From: Opitutales bacterium
Lineage (GTDB): Bacteria > Verrucomicrobiota > Verrucomicrobiia > Opitutales > JABSRG01
Direction of reading: 5' to 3'
NCBI GenBank assembly: GCA_049599475.1
Contig: JBMYOQ010000038.1
Coordinates: 1-37,654 of the forward strand
DNA: 37,654 bases
Position numbers and translations under genes: made by a program. This document shows, one piece after another, positions 1 to 8,497 of this stretch (positions are counted from its first letter, which is position 1; the number at the start of each line of letters is the position of its first letter). A model generated the notes under the pieces. The model saw only the letters and a program-made list of their open reading frames with translations. It did not search any database and had not been told where the DNA came from.

Positions 1-106
1 GGTCGTCGGCCGCTACCTTTGGTTTACGAATGTACTTTTGAGAATTAGTCTAGGGACCTGCAGTCTTTAGGGTTGAACCCATAAGTTCTCAACAAATGTC
101 TCTCTT

Positions 107-1126
107 ATGTTCCGTCTCGTTTTCAGCACATTCACTATCTCTCTCTTTTTGTTGCTAGCAGATACTGGCCTAGCACAACGCACCTCCGTCACCGACCTCT
201 TTAGCGATGTTACCTCGTCAGGCAGCTCCGGCTCATCAGGGACGTCAAGCTCTGGAAGTAGTTCTGGGTCTTTCACTTCAGGATCAGTTGGGAGCGCAGC
301 AGCACCTAGTAGCCCCAATACAAGCACTCCCGTGACTCCAGGGCCCCCTACTGATCCAAGTATAACATCCGTAAATTATCCAATCGGTTTCGAGTCACTC
401 CCAGGTGCATCCGACTGGGCAATCGCCGAAGGACTCGGCGCATATTATTACGAAAACGATCCCTGGATCTATATTGAGAACATGGGCTACATGTACCTGC
501 TAAGTGTCGAGAGTGACCTCTCTCCCGTAGGATATGGTATAGCCGCATGGATCTACTCCCCCGATATCGGACGATTTTGGTGGTCCCACGATACCGGTCC
601 TTACATTTACCTATACGCTACCGAATCCTGGGCTTACATCGAAGGCGATGCCGAGACGAAAACACCGTGGCTCTACAATTTCGACGGAGATGAGTGGCAA
701 ATCCCCACGCGCCCTCAGCAGCATTTCGACTCATTCGATGCCGAGGCCCTAATCCTCGCAACAGCAAGTGAGTCCGATGATACCGTCACCATTACGCGTT
801 TTGTAGAGACGCGCGAAGGCCTGAATTTCGAGGGAGATATCGAAACGTCTGTATCCGACAGCGGAGTTACCGGAACCCTCTACATGAGCTTCAAGCTCTC
901 AATCGATCCAGCGGATTTCAACGCCTTCCTCATCTCAATGACCGTGGATTCCTTCGAAAGCAATCTAGGTACATTCAGACCTTCGGATTTTAGTCCAAGC
1001 GATCCAGGCTTCCCAGAATTGACTGAAGTTTCGATTCGGATCAACGACGACGGAATCACCGGCACTTACGTGGCAGTCATTTACCTCACGGACGGTACAT
1101 CTATCGAAGAAACGGGCACGTTTTAG
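107..1126 (+). CDS. Secreted hypothetical protein with Ser/Gly/Pro-rich linker and Trp/Tyr-rich domain
   Basis: 339-aa ORF with an N-terminal signal peptide (..GLA|Q), a low-complexity SSGSSGSS/PTPVTP linker, aromatic repeats (PWIYIENMGYMY, WWSHDTGPYIY, PWLYNF) and a C-terminal Phe. Confidence 0.8.
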   Translation: MFRLVFSTFTISLFLLLADTGLAQRTSVTDLFSDVTSSGSSGSSGTSSSGSSSGSFTSGSVGSAAAPSSPNTSTPVTPGPPTDPSITSVNYPIGFESLPGASDWAIAEGLGAYYYENDPWIYIENMGYMYLLSVESDLSPVGYGIAAWIYSPDIGRFWWSHDTGPYIYLYATESWAYIEGDAETKTPWLYNFDGDEWQIPTRPQQHFDSFDAEALILATASESDDTVTITRFVETREGLNFEGDIETSVSDSGVTGTLYMSFKLSIDPADFNAFLISMTVDSFESNLGTFRPSDFSPSDPGFPELTEVSIRINDDGITGTYVAVIYLTDGTSIEETGTF

Positions 1127-1180
1127 GAATCAGTCACCAATCCCTGGTAGAGATGCCTTTACCGAGTAAACTGCGCAGTA

Positions 1181-3382
1181 TCAGGATGCGGCACCTTCGC
1201 GGAAAGACTGCTTGAAGTGATTTTGAGTCTCTGAGACCCGCATATTGATCCCCTGCATTTCAGAAATCACAGCGCTCAAATTCTCCATAAGCTGATCGAT
1301 CAAGCGGTTTGCTCCCTCAACGCGGCCTTGCACTTGCTCCCTGCTGGTATTCTGAAATTCTAATGATTTATCGAGCTGCAAATTCAATTTTTGAATAGCA
1401 CTCACCTGCTTTTCAATCTCCTCGGTAGCCGATTCAGTTTGCCCCGACAGGCTTCGAATCTCCTCCACCACTGAGCCAAAGCCTTTGCCGGCTTCTCCTG
1501 CGCGCTCAGCCTGTATCTTCGCATTCAGAGCCAAGATTGTTGTCTTCTGGGCAATAGTCCTGATCGTGTCGATCACTGCGCCAATTCGCTCTGAGACGCC
1601 ACCTGCTGTCTCTAAAATGTCTCTTGTTGAATCTTCTGCAACCTGGAGAGTCTTTCCGACATCCTGGCCCATTTCATTTACTGAGACATTCACATTATTA
1701 GCCGCACCACGAGTATTCTCTAGGGTGTCTGTAGCTTTGTTGGCTACCGATGAGATATCTTCGACATGCTCTGCTAGATAGCCTTCGAATTCACCTAATA
1801 GTCCATCAGATTTTTGCACTGCAGCCTCAGCCGTCGCCTTCGCAAGATCTGCTACCTCTAACTGCAAATCGACTTGCTCCCGCGCTGCCTGAGCCTCTTT
1901 CAACTGCTTAGAAGCCTCAAGCATAGCATCGTTAATAGCGGTGACCATTTCATTGAAAGATTCAGATAGATCCCCCACTTCCGTGCCATGTTCGATCTCA
2001 TCGATGAGCTTATAAGTGCCTGATGTCGAAGCCGCATTCATCGTAGTAGCCAAATCCAAGATACCGGAAGTAGCTCCATGCTCTACAATATTGAGCCCCT
2101 TACGTTCAGCCTCTTCATCGACACGCAGTGGCATAAACTTCTTGATGACCATCAAGAGCACATAGGTGAGTCCAAAGCCCCAAACGAATGCAGTGATGAC
2201 GCCCATTACTTGGATACCGGTCTGGTCCCAGCGAGAAACACCGTCTGCAAGAAATTCCGACTTGATAAACAGCCCCGTTGCAATCGTCCCCCAAGCACCC
2301 GCAAAGCCGTGAGCAGGGATGGCGCCGACGACGTCGTCGACTTTAAATACACGCTCCAAAATCAAGGTCGTAGCATACATGACCGCTCCTGAAACAAGGC
2401 CAATAATTACAGCGCCTTCGGTGCCTACGACATTACATCCCGCCGTGATACCCACGAGCCCCGCGATTGCACCGTTTGCAATAGATTCTGGTTCAGGTTT
2501 TTTCCGGTGATGAAAAATCCACGAACACACCGACCCCGCCAAGGCCCCAAAACAACCCGAGATGAGTGTATTGGCCGCAATAACCGCGATATCCGAAGTC
2601 ACTGAAGTGGTGCTGCCACAGTTGAACCCAAACCACCCAAAAAAGAGAATAAACGTGCCCAAATACGCGAGTACGAGACTATGAGCGGGGATTTTCTTGG
2701 GATTACCCTTTTCATCAAAACGTCCGATCCGCGCACCCACCGCGATCACACATGCCAGGGCGACCCAGCCGCCGATAGAGTGCACCACTGTAGACCCTGC
2801 AAAATCGAGAAAACCCTTTGACTCCAGCCAGCCCGCAGCCGCGTCGCCATTGAGCAAACTGCCCCAGGCCCAGTGCCCGAAGACCGGATAGATCAAGGCC
2901 GAGATGACGGTTGTGATCACTAGATAAAAAGTAAAACGCGTGCGCTCAGCGATGGCTCCCGAATTAATCGTGGCCGCTGTTCCAACAAAGACCGCCTGAA
3001 ACACAAAGAATACGGCGATCCATGCTTCGCCGTCCAAGCTAGGCATAAAGTGACTCCAACCGAACCAGCCCGACATAAATTCGGTATTATTACCAAACAT
3101 GATGCCGAATCCGACTAGCCAGAATGTCGCGACGGCGATCGTGAGATCCATCATGTTTTTTACTGCGACATTGATCGAGTTCTTCGCCCGACTCATACCG
3201 GATTCCAAACACATGAACCCGGCCTGCATGAGAAACACGAGGGCCGCAGCCAACAGAGTCCACAGAATATCAGCATTCTGCATGAACTCTTCCAGAAGGC
3301 TCACTTGCGTTTCTTGAGCATTCAGCTGGAAGGGAATTAAGGTCAGCAGGAAGACACAGATAGGGGTTTTTACAAAGCGCAT
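1181..3382 (-). CDS. amt: Ammonium transporter (Amt) fused to C-terminal HAMP-like and methyl-accepting chemotaxis (MCP) signalling domain
   Basis: Amt motifs FLMQAGFxxLExG..R.KN, GAIAER, DFAGSTVVH, GWFGFN, GAIAGLVGIT, DDVVGAIPAHG. The C-terminal part carries EVGDLSESFNEM and an MCP-tip-like IAQKTTILALNAKIQAERAGEAGKGF. Confidence 0.92.
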   Translation of the reverse strand: MRFVKTPICVFLLTLIPFQLNAQETQVSLLEEFMQNADILWTLLAAALVFLMQAGFMCLESGMSRAKNSINVAVKNMMDLTIAVATFWLVGFGIMFGNNTEFMSGWFGWSHFMPSLDGEAWIAVFFVFQAVFVGTAATINSGAIAERTRFTFYLVITTVISALIYPVFGHWAWGSLLNGDAAAGWLESKGFLDFAGSTVVHSIGGWVALACVIAVGARIGRFDEKGNPKKIPAHSLVLAYLGTFILFFGWFGFNCGSTTSVTSDIAVIAANTLISGCFGALAGSVCSWIFHHRKKPEPESIANGAIAGLVGITAGCNVVGTEGAVIIGLVSGAVMYATTLILERVFKVDDVVGAIPAHGFAGAWGTIATGLFIKSEFLADGVSRWDQTGIQVMGVITAFVWGFGLTYVLLMVIKKFMPLRVDEEAERKGLNIVEHGATSGILDLATTMNAASTSGTYKLIDEIEHGTEVGDLSESFNEMVTAINDAMLEASKQLKEAQAAREQVDLQLEVADLAKATAEAAVQKSDGLLGEFEGYLAEHVEDISSVANKATDTLENTRGAANNVNVSVNEMGQDVGKTLQVAEDSTRDILETAGGVSERIGAVIDTIRTIAQKTTILALNAKIQAERAGEAGKGFGSVVEEIRSLSGQTESATEEIEKQVSAIQKLNLQLDKSLEFQNTSREQVQGRVEGANRLIDQLMENLSAVISEMQGINMRVSETQNHFKQSFREGAAS

Positions 3383-3443
3383 TGCGCAATAGTCGACCCC
3401 ACGCGCTCTAATCCTTAATGATATTCAGTAATAAAAATATTTT

Positions 3444-4394
3444 TTAGTATCCCTGCACCTGGAAGAGCCCGGTCACGCTCTTGTTCACGTTGATACGGTT
3501 GATGGCTTCTCCGAGGAGTGGTGCGACACTTAGGCGGGTGATCAAAGGAGGATCTTCACTCAGAGGCAAAGTGGTATCGGTGGTGATGAGATGATCCAAG
3601 GGACAGTCGTCAGCGCTTAGGCGGCTGTGAGCGGTCTCATTGAGAACGCCGTGGGTGACCGCCGCTTTTACTGTTTTTGCTCCCTTATCCTTCAAAATCT
3701 GAGCGGCAGCGATCAATGTCCCCGCAGTCTCGGTCATGTCGTCAATCAAGAGAACATCGCGGCCCTCGCATTCTCCGATCACGTTCACAGCTTCGACAGT
3801 ATTAGCGTCCATACGGCGCTTGGCCACAAAGCCCATGGGCGCCCCCAACATTTGCGCGTAAGCAGCAGTCATTTTCATACCACCGACATCCGGTGAGAAG
3901 AGCACCAGGTTGGGATCTCTAAATGCTTTCAGATGATCGAAAATAATAGGCGATGCGTAGAGGTGGTCGACCGGGATATCGAAAAAGCCCTGGATTTGCT
4001 GGGCATGAAGGTCCACAGCGAGCACCCGATCGGCCCCTGCCGAAGTGATCAAATTGGCCACAAGCTTCGAGGTAATCGGGACACGCGGCTGGTCCTTGCG
4101 GTCCTGCCGAGCATAGCCATAGAAAGGAATCACCGTGGTGATACGCGCAGCGGAAGCGCGCTTGGCCGCATCGATAATAATGAGCAATTCCATCAGGTGG
4201 TGGTTCGCCGGATTCGAAGTCGACTGGACGATGAAGACATCGTCTCCGCGAATGTTTTCATTGATCTTCACGAAGGTCTCACCATCGGGAAACGTCTCTA
4301 CCGTAATATCTCCAACTGGCACGCCGATGGCGTCACAGATCTTTTTGACAAGCGGTTTGTTCGAGCTACCTGAGAAAATTTTGAGTGAAGACAT
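3444..4394 (-). CDS. prs: Ribose-phosphate pyrophosphokinase (class I PRPP synthetase)
   Basis: FPDGE, ENIRG.DVFIVQS, PFYGYARQDRK, DLHAQQIQGFFDIPVD, SPDVGG, DDMTETAGTL. Start placed at ATG 4394 (MSSLKIFSG). Confidence 0.96.
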   Translation of the reverse strand: MSSLKIFSGSSNKPLVKKICDAIGVPVGDITVETFPDGETFVKINENIRGDDVFIVQSTSNPANHHLMELLIIIDAAKRASAARITTVIPFYGYARQDRKDQPRVPITSKLVANLITSAGADRVLAVDLHAQQIQGFFDIPVDHLYASPIIFDHLKAFRDPNLVLFSPDVGGMKMTAAYAQMLGAPMGFVAKRRMDANTVEAVNVIGECEGRDVLLIDDMTETAGTLIAAAQILKDKGAKTVKAAVTHGVLNETAHSRLSADDCPLDHLITTDTTLPLSEDPPLITRLSVAPLLGEAINRINVNKSVTGLFQVQGY

Positions 4395-4488
4395 GTTGGA
4401 TTCGAAGATTGGGCGCGCAGGGCTCAAACGGAAATAGGAAAGAGTCGACTAGGTCGAGGGAATTTTACCCATTATTCCCAGCCCGAAC

Positions 4489-4561
4489 TGAAGCGATCCG
4501 GACTCCATTTGGGGCGAGATATCCTTCGCCCCGCTTCGAATGCATGAAACGAATCGCTTCA
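4489..4561. repeat. Intergenic palindromic (REP/MITE-like or RNA) element
   Basis: TGAAGCGATCCG(4489-4500) pairs with CGAATCGCTTCA(4550-4561) with one mismatch, enclosing the hairpin GGGGCGA-gatatcct-TCGCCCC. Confidence 0.5.
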
Positions 4562-4583
4562 CTAGCCTCAGCGACCCTGAAAT

Positions 4584-5804
4584 CTATGCAGATATGCTTT
4601 CTTCTTTGAGCTCTTTGAGCTCGTCGTTGGACCAAATCTTACGGCGCCAGCGCGCGTTTTTCGAAGACATGTCTATCTGATAGAATCCATCGCTATGGCT
4701 CATCGTCGGGATTCCAAGGATTTCGCCGAGTTTCAGTGCGAGCCATTTTTCGATTTTGAGCACCACGAGTTTCTTGCGCAGGCGCCCTTGGGTGTCGCGG
4801 TTTAGAATGGTCGGGATGCTGTTGAGAGTGAGAATTTCGTCCACGGCAGTGTTCGCCATTTTCATTCGCCCTTCGTCACTCGCATGGAAGTGAGTCACCG
4901 CGAATACCGCCCTTTTCAGGTTTACCCGGCGCAGGAACTGGCAGGCTTTGACTACGGTTGAGCCTGATCGAACCATATCATCAAACAGGACCAATTCATG
5001 GCCCGCGATACTCTCCAGCGGCACCTCGCACTCGCGGTGTAGCTTAATATCCACCTTGCGCTCTCCCGTGCGCTCTTTATCGAGCATGATGAATTTCGCC
5101 TTAGGCAGATTCATTCTTCGATAAATTTCTTCAACGAACTGCCGCGCCCCTCCATCTGGTGCGCAGAGCACCAAGCCCTCGCCCAGGGGGCCATATTTTA
5201 CGATGTTGGAGTTCTTTAGGTAATCGATGTAAATATCGTAAGGGATCAGGTTGTGAAATTTCCCCTCAAAGACTTCCGTGAACATATTTTGCACGGACTT
5301 CGAGTGATTATGCACGGTCACAACACGATCCACTCCGGACATCTTCAACATCTCCGCATAGAGCTTGGATGTGAAAGGTTGACCGTCGAATTTCTTAAGG
5401 TCCTTTGAGCTACGCTCGACGCCTGCTTCGCCTAAATCTTGGCGCGGGCCTCTGTCTTGAGCGCTGTAATACAAATCGGGCTCCACAAGCGTTACCTCGG
5501 AAGCCCCATTCTCTTTCGCAGCCCGTGCTATCATGAACGTCCGCATCGCTAAGCTCTGCCGCGAGACATTTTGATTGCTCGTGCTGACGATGATAATCTG
5601 GCGCCCGGTCAGCTTATTTCCGATTTCGTCAAAATCGCTTTCGTCCGAGATAAATCGAGGGCAGAATTCTTTGTTTCCAAACTGCTTGAGGCTGATCACA
5701 TCTGCCACGTCTTCCTGCTGCCCCAGAGTGAATGCCACATCAATGGCAAACGGGTCGTCTGAGGTATTGCCTACCACGGCAAATTGGGGACAAAACCGAG
5801 TCAT
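4584..5804 (-). CDS. Divergent PRPP synthetase-like phosphoribosyltransferase
   Basis: 406 aa with Prs-like segments (ARAAKENGA, PDLYYSAQDR, VVTVHNHS, LCAPDGGA, DKER) and a PRT loop LFDDMVRSGST. Confidence 0.8.
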   Translation of the reverse strand: MTRFCPQFAVVGNTSDDPFAIDVAFTLGQQEDVADVISLKQFGNKEFCPRFISDESDFDEIGNKLTGRQIIIVSTSNQNVSRQSLAMRTFMIARAAKENGASEVTLVEPDLYYSAQDRGPRQDLGEAGVERSSKDLKKFDGQPFTSKLYAEMLKMSGVDRVVTVHNHSKSVQNMFTEVFEGKFHNLIPYDIYIDYLKNSNIVKYGPLGEGLVLCAPDGGARQFVEEIYRRMNLPKAKFIMLDKERTGERKVDIKLHRECEVPLESIAGHELVLFDDMVRSGSTVVKACQFLRRVNLKRAVFAVTHFHASDEGRMKMANTAVDEILTLNSIPTILNRDTQGRLRKKLVVLKIEKWLALKLGEILGIPTMSHSDGFYQIDMSSKNARWRRKIWSNDELKELKEESISA

Positions 5805-5879
5805 GGGTAATCCTTAGCTTCGTCTCAAAATCGTGACAATCCTGAAGACGCGTTTAGCCGGAATTCTTATTCACAAAAG

Positions 5880-6950
5880 CTAGCTTTCGCGATCCTTTAA
5901 CAATTGCTCGACGGAGCCGAGGCGTTTGAAAAATTCTGGAAGTCGTTTTTGCAGTACAGCGATCCGCGCGAACTCGGTCATATTCAGGTGAGGTGTCCCC
6001 CGCACTTTCGCTTTGGCATCTATATCACGGTTCACCCCAGTCTGGGCTCCGATCATCGCCATATCCCCAACTTTCAGGTGCCCTGCCAGGCCGGCCTGAC
6101 CACCGACTACGACGTATTTACCCAGCTCAGTGCTTCCGGAAATCCCCGCCTGAGCGACCACGATTGATCCGGGACCGATTTGCACATTATGACCGATCTG
6201 CACCAAATTATCTATTTTGGCTCCAGTCCCAATCCGGGTAACATCGAAACGTGCGCGATCAATAGTGACGTTGGCACCGATTTCGACGTCGTCCTCAATG
6301 ACAACGATTCCTATTTGAGGCTCTTTGTGATGCACTCCGTCGACGGTAGCGTATCCAAAGCCATCCGAGCCAATGGCAGTGCCGGCATGCACACGGCATC
6401 GCTCACCGACCTCACAATAAGCATAGAGCACGACATGCGGAAAGATCACTGAATCCGCTCCCACGCGAGCCCCACGTCCCACAGATACATGGCTATGCAG
6501 ATGCACGCGCTCGCCTACGACTGCTCCGGACTCAACCACGCAGAAAGGCCCCACGCGTGCAGATTCTGCGACCGTGGCTTCTGAGGAAACAGATGCCAGG
6601 GGATCAATCTCAGGCTCCGGCGCGGGCAAAAGCTTCCGCTCAATCGCCCCACAGATCAAAGCCAAGCCCAAGGATGGGTGCTTCAAATAGGCAAAGGCTT
6701 GATCTTGCCCAGGCTCTCCCTGGAAATCCTCGGGGACCAAGATTACCGTGGCCTTACACTCTGCTACTTGAGACGCGTATTTGGGGTTCGCCAAAAAAGA
6801 AATATCCCCCGCCTCGGCATCTCCCAGTGAAGCGACCCCTACAAGCTCTTGCTGAACAGCACCTTTCCAGCTCGTATCTTCGCCTAAAATCTCTTGGAGG
6901 CTTTCCAAGCTAAAGGAAAGCGCAGGTCTCTTCTCATTGCCCATAGCCAA
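5880..6950 (-). CDS. lpxD: UDP-3-O-(3-hydroxyacyl)glucosamine N-acyltransferase
   Basis: ISFLANPKY, hexapeptide repeats, IGSDGFGY, VEIGANVTIDR, KIDNLVQIGHN, GISGST. Confidence 0.96.
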   Translation of the reverse strand: MAMGNEKRPALSFSLESLQEILGEDTSWKGAVQQELVGVASLGDAEAGDISFLANPKYASQVAECKATVILVPEDFQGEPGQDQAFAYLKHPSLGLALICGAIERKLLPAPEPEIDPLASVSSEATVAESARVGPFCVVESGAVVGERVHLHSHVSVGRGARVGADSVIFPHVVLYAYCEVGERCRVHAGTAIGSDGFGYATVDGVHHKEPQIGIVVIEDDVEIGANVTIDRARFDVTRIGTGAKIDNLVQIGHNVQIGPGSIVVAQAGISGSTELGKYVVVGGQAGLAGHLKVGDMAMIGAQTGVNRDIDAKAKVRGTPHLNMTEFARIAVLQKRLPEFFKRLGSVEQLLKDRES

Positions 6951-6999
6951 AAGCCAACCTCAGCCGTGGCAGAGGTCAATACAAGCTTATGCCCAGCCC

Positions 7000-7968
7000 T
7001 TATCCGTAGAGCAAATTGCTCAGAATATAGAAGAGAGGGATGCCAAAAATTAGGTTAAAGGGAAAGGTAATCCCGAGTGAGCTTGCCACGTAGTAGCCAG
7101 GGTTCGCTGCAGGGATCGCTGCACGCACCGCAGCAGGCGCCGCTATGTAAGAGGCACTCGCACATAGAATGGCAAAGATTATAGCTCCTCCTTGGCTCAT
7201 CCCAATGAAGTGCGCGATCAGCATTGCAACAGTTCCCTGAACAACGGGTGCCAAGAGTCCGAAAATCAAAAGGGGCTTACCCGCTTTTTTCACATCTTCC
7301 ATCCGCTGGCCGGCAATCAAGCCCATCTCCAAAAGGAAAATGGTCAGCACGCCGTAGAACGGAGGGATTAGAGATTTGTTCAAGACTTCTACCGTCTCCT
7401 TTGAAGCTAGAGCTCCGGCAACCAAGCCTCCGACCAGCAGCAAAATGCTCTTGCTGGAGAGTAGCTCGCGCAGAGTCTCCGCATTCGACACGCCCTCTTG
7501 GCGCTTCAAATACTTCGCCAGGAACACTCCCACGAGAATGGCAGGGATTTCCATGGCAGCCATAATCGCAGGCATAAAGCCCTCGTACGCGATTTTCTGT
7601 GAATCTAAGAACGCGATACAGGCCATGAAGGTGACGGCAGAGACGGAGCCATAGTGCGCGGCTAGCGCAGCAGAGTCCTCCACGGACATCTTCATGAGCT
7701 TCCGCGTGACCAAGAAGACTGACAGCGGAATCGCAACCCCCATGGCCAAGGTCGCAGCCATGGGCAGGAATATCGCAGCCAGGCTTGTCGCACCAATGGC
7801 AATTCCACCTTTTATGCCGATAACCAACAGCAGGTAGATAGTCATGATCTGGTAGACGTCTTTCGGAATGCGCAGATCACTCCTAGAAATAGCAGCGAGA
7901 ATACCCACTATGAATAGCACTACAGGAGGGGAGACTAAATTACTCCCTAGCATTACAATGTTGTTCAT
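7000..7968 (-). CDS. sbtA: SbtA-family sodium-dependent bicarbonate transporter
   Basis: SDLRIP, YLLLVIGIKGG, AAHYGSVSAVTF, MEIPAI, FLLEMG, ASASYIAAPAA, SLGITFPFN. Start at ATG 7968 (or 7953) rather than the ORF-track 8154. Confidence 0.9.
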   Translation of the reverse strand: MNNIVMLGSNLVSPPVVLFIVGILAAISRSDLRIPKDVYQIMTIYLLLVIGIKGGIAIGATSLAAIFLPMAATLAMGVAIPLSVFLVTRKLMKMSVEDSAALAAHYGSVSAVTFMACIAFLDSQKIAYEGFMPAIMAAMEIPAILVGVFLAKYLKRQEGVSNAETLRELLSSKSILLLVGGLVAGALASKETVEVLNKSLIPPFYGVLTIFLLEMGLIAGQRMEDVKKAGKPLLIFGLLAPVVQGTVAMLIAHFIGMSQGGAIIFAILCASASYIAAPAAVRAAIPAANPGYYVASSLGITFPFNLIFGIPLFYILSNLLYG

Positions 7969-8012
7969 ACGGAAAAGAAAGTGACGATAAAGATATCTGA
8001 GATCTTTAAATT

Positions 8013-8074
8013 GCGAAATTAATTTCGTGATTGATACAACGCACTCAGGAAATGTAAAGCGAAATTCTATTCGC
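8013..8074. promoter_or_regulatory. Two related palindromic operator sites in the sbtA/regulator divergent intergenic region
   Basis: GCGAAATTAATTTCGT (8013-8028; perfect 14-bp core) and GCGAAATTCTATTCGC (8059-8074). Confidence 0.6.
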
Positions 8075-8129
8075 ATTTGAGAAATCTTGAATTGAAATTC
8101 TCCTGTTACTCCCCAAACTCGGCAAAAAT

Positions 8130-8414
8130 ATGAATGAAGAGCATAAATGGACATTCTTCACCAATCATGCTCACGTGTTGGTATGTCTTTCCCGAAACCC
8201 CGCCCAACCCCTGCGCGAAGTAGCGCTCGCCATCGGAATCACAGAGCGAGCGGTCCAGAGAATTGTATCTGAATTAGAAGCGGAATCATACCTCATCCGT
8301 GAGCGCGTAGGTCGCCAAAATCACTATACCCTGAACACCACGACTCAGCTCCGCCATCCCCTGGAAGAACACCGCAGCATCGGGGACCTTCTTGAGGTCG
8401 TGGTACCTGAGTAG
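8130..8414 (+). CDS. Small winged-HTH transcriptional regulator (ArsR/MarR-like, WTFxTNH type)
   Basis: WTFFTNHAHVL, LREVALAIGITERAVQRIV.ELE, R.GRQNHY, LRHPLE. Confidence 0.88.
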   Translation: MNEEHKWTFFTNHAHVLVCLSRNPAQPLREVALAIGITERAVQRIVSELEAESYLIRERVGRQNHYTLNTTTQLRHPLEEHRSIGDLLEVVVPE

Positions 8415-8497
8415 GACTGCTCAGGAAAATATCCTGGCTATATTTTGGAACTTGAGGCACTCAGCCTGGTTTTACACCTGCTGTAACTCTCGTTCCT

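Noticed and set aside
4428..4583. PRPP (ykkC-type) riboswitch upstream of prs
   Set aside because: No ykkC consensus residues were recognised. Only a symmetric palindrome is present.
7969..8154. N-terminal extension of sbtA to 8154
   Set aside because: It overlaps the divergent regulator and the operator region and is not SbtA-like.
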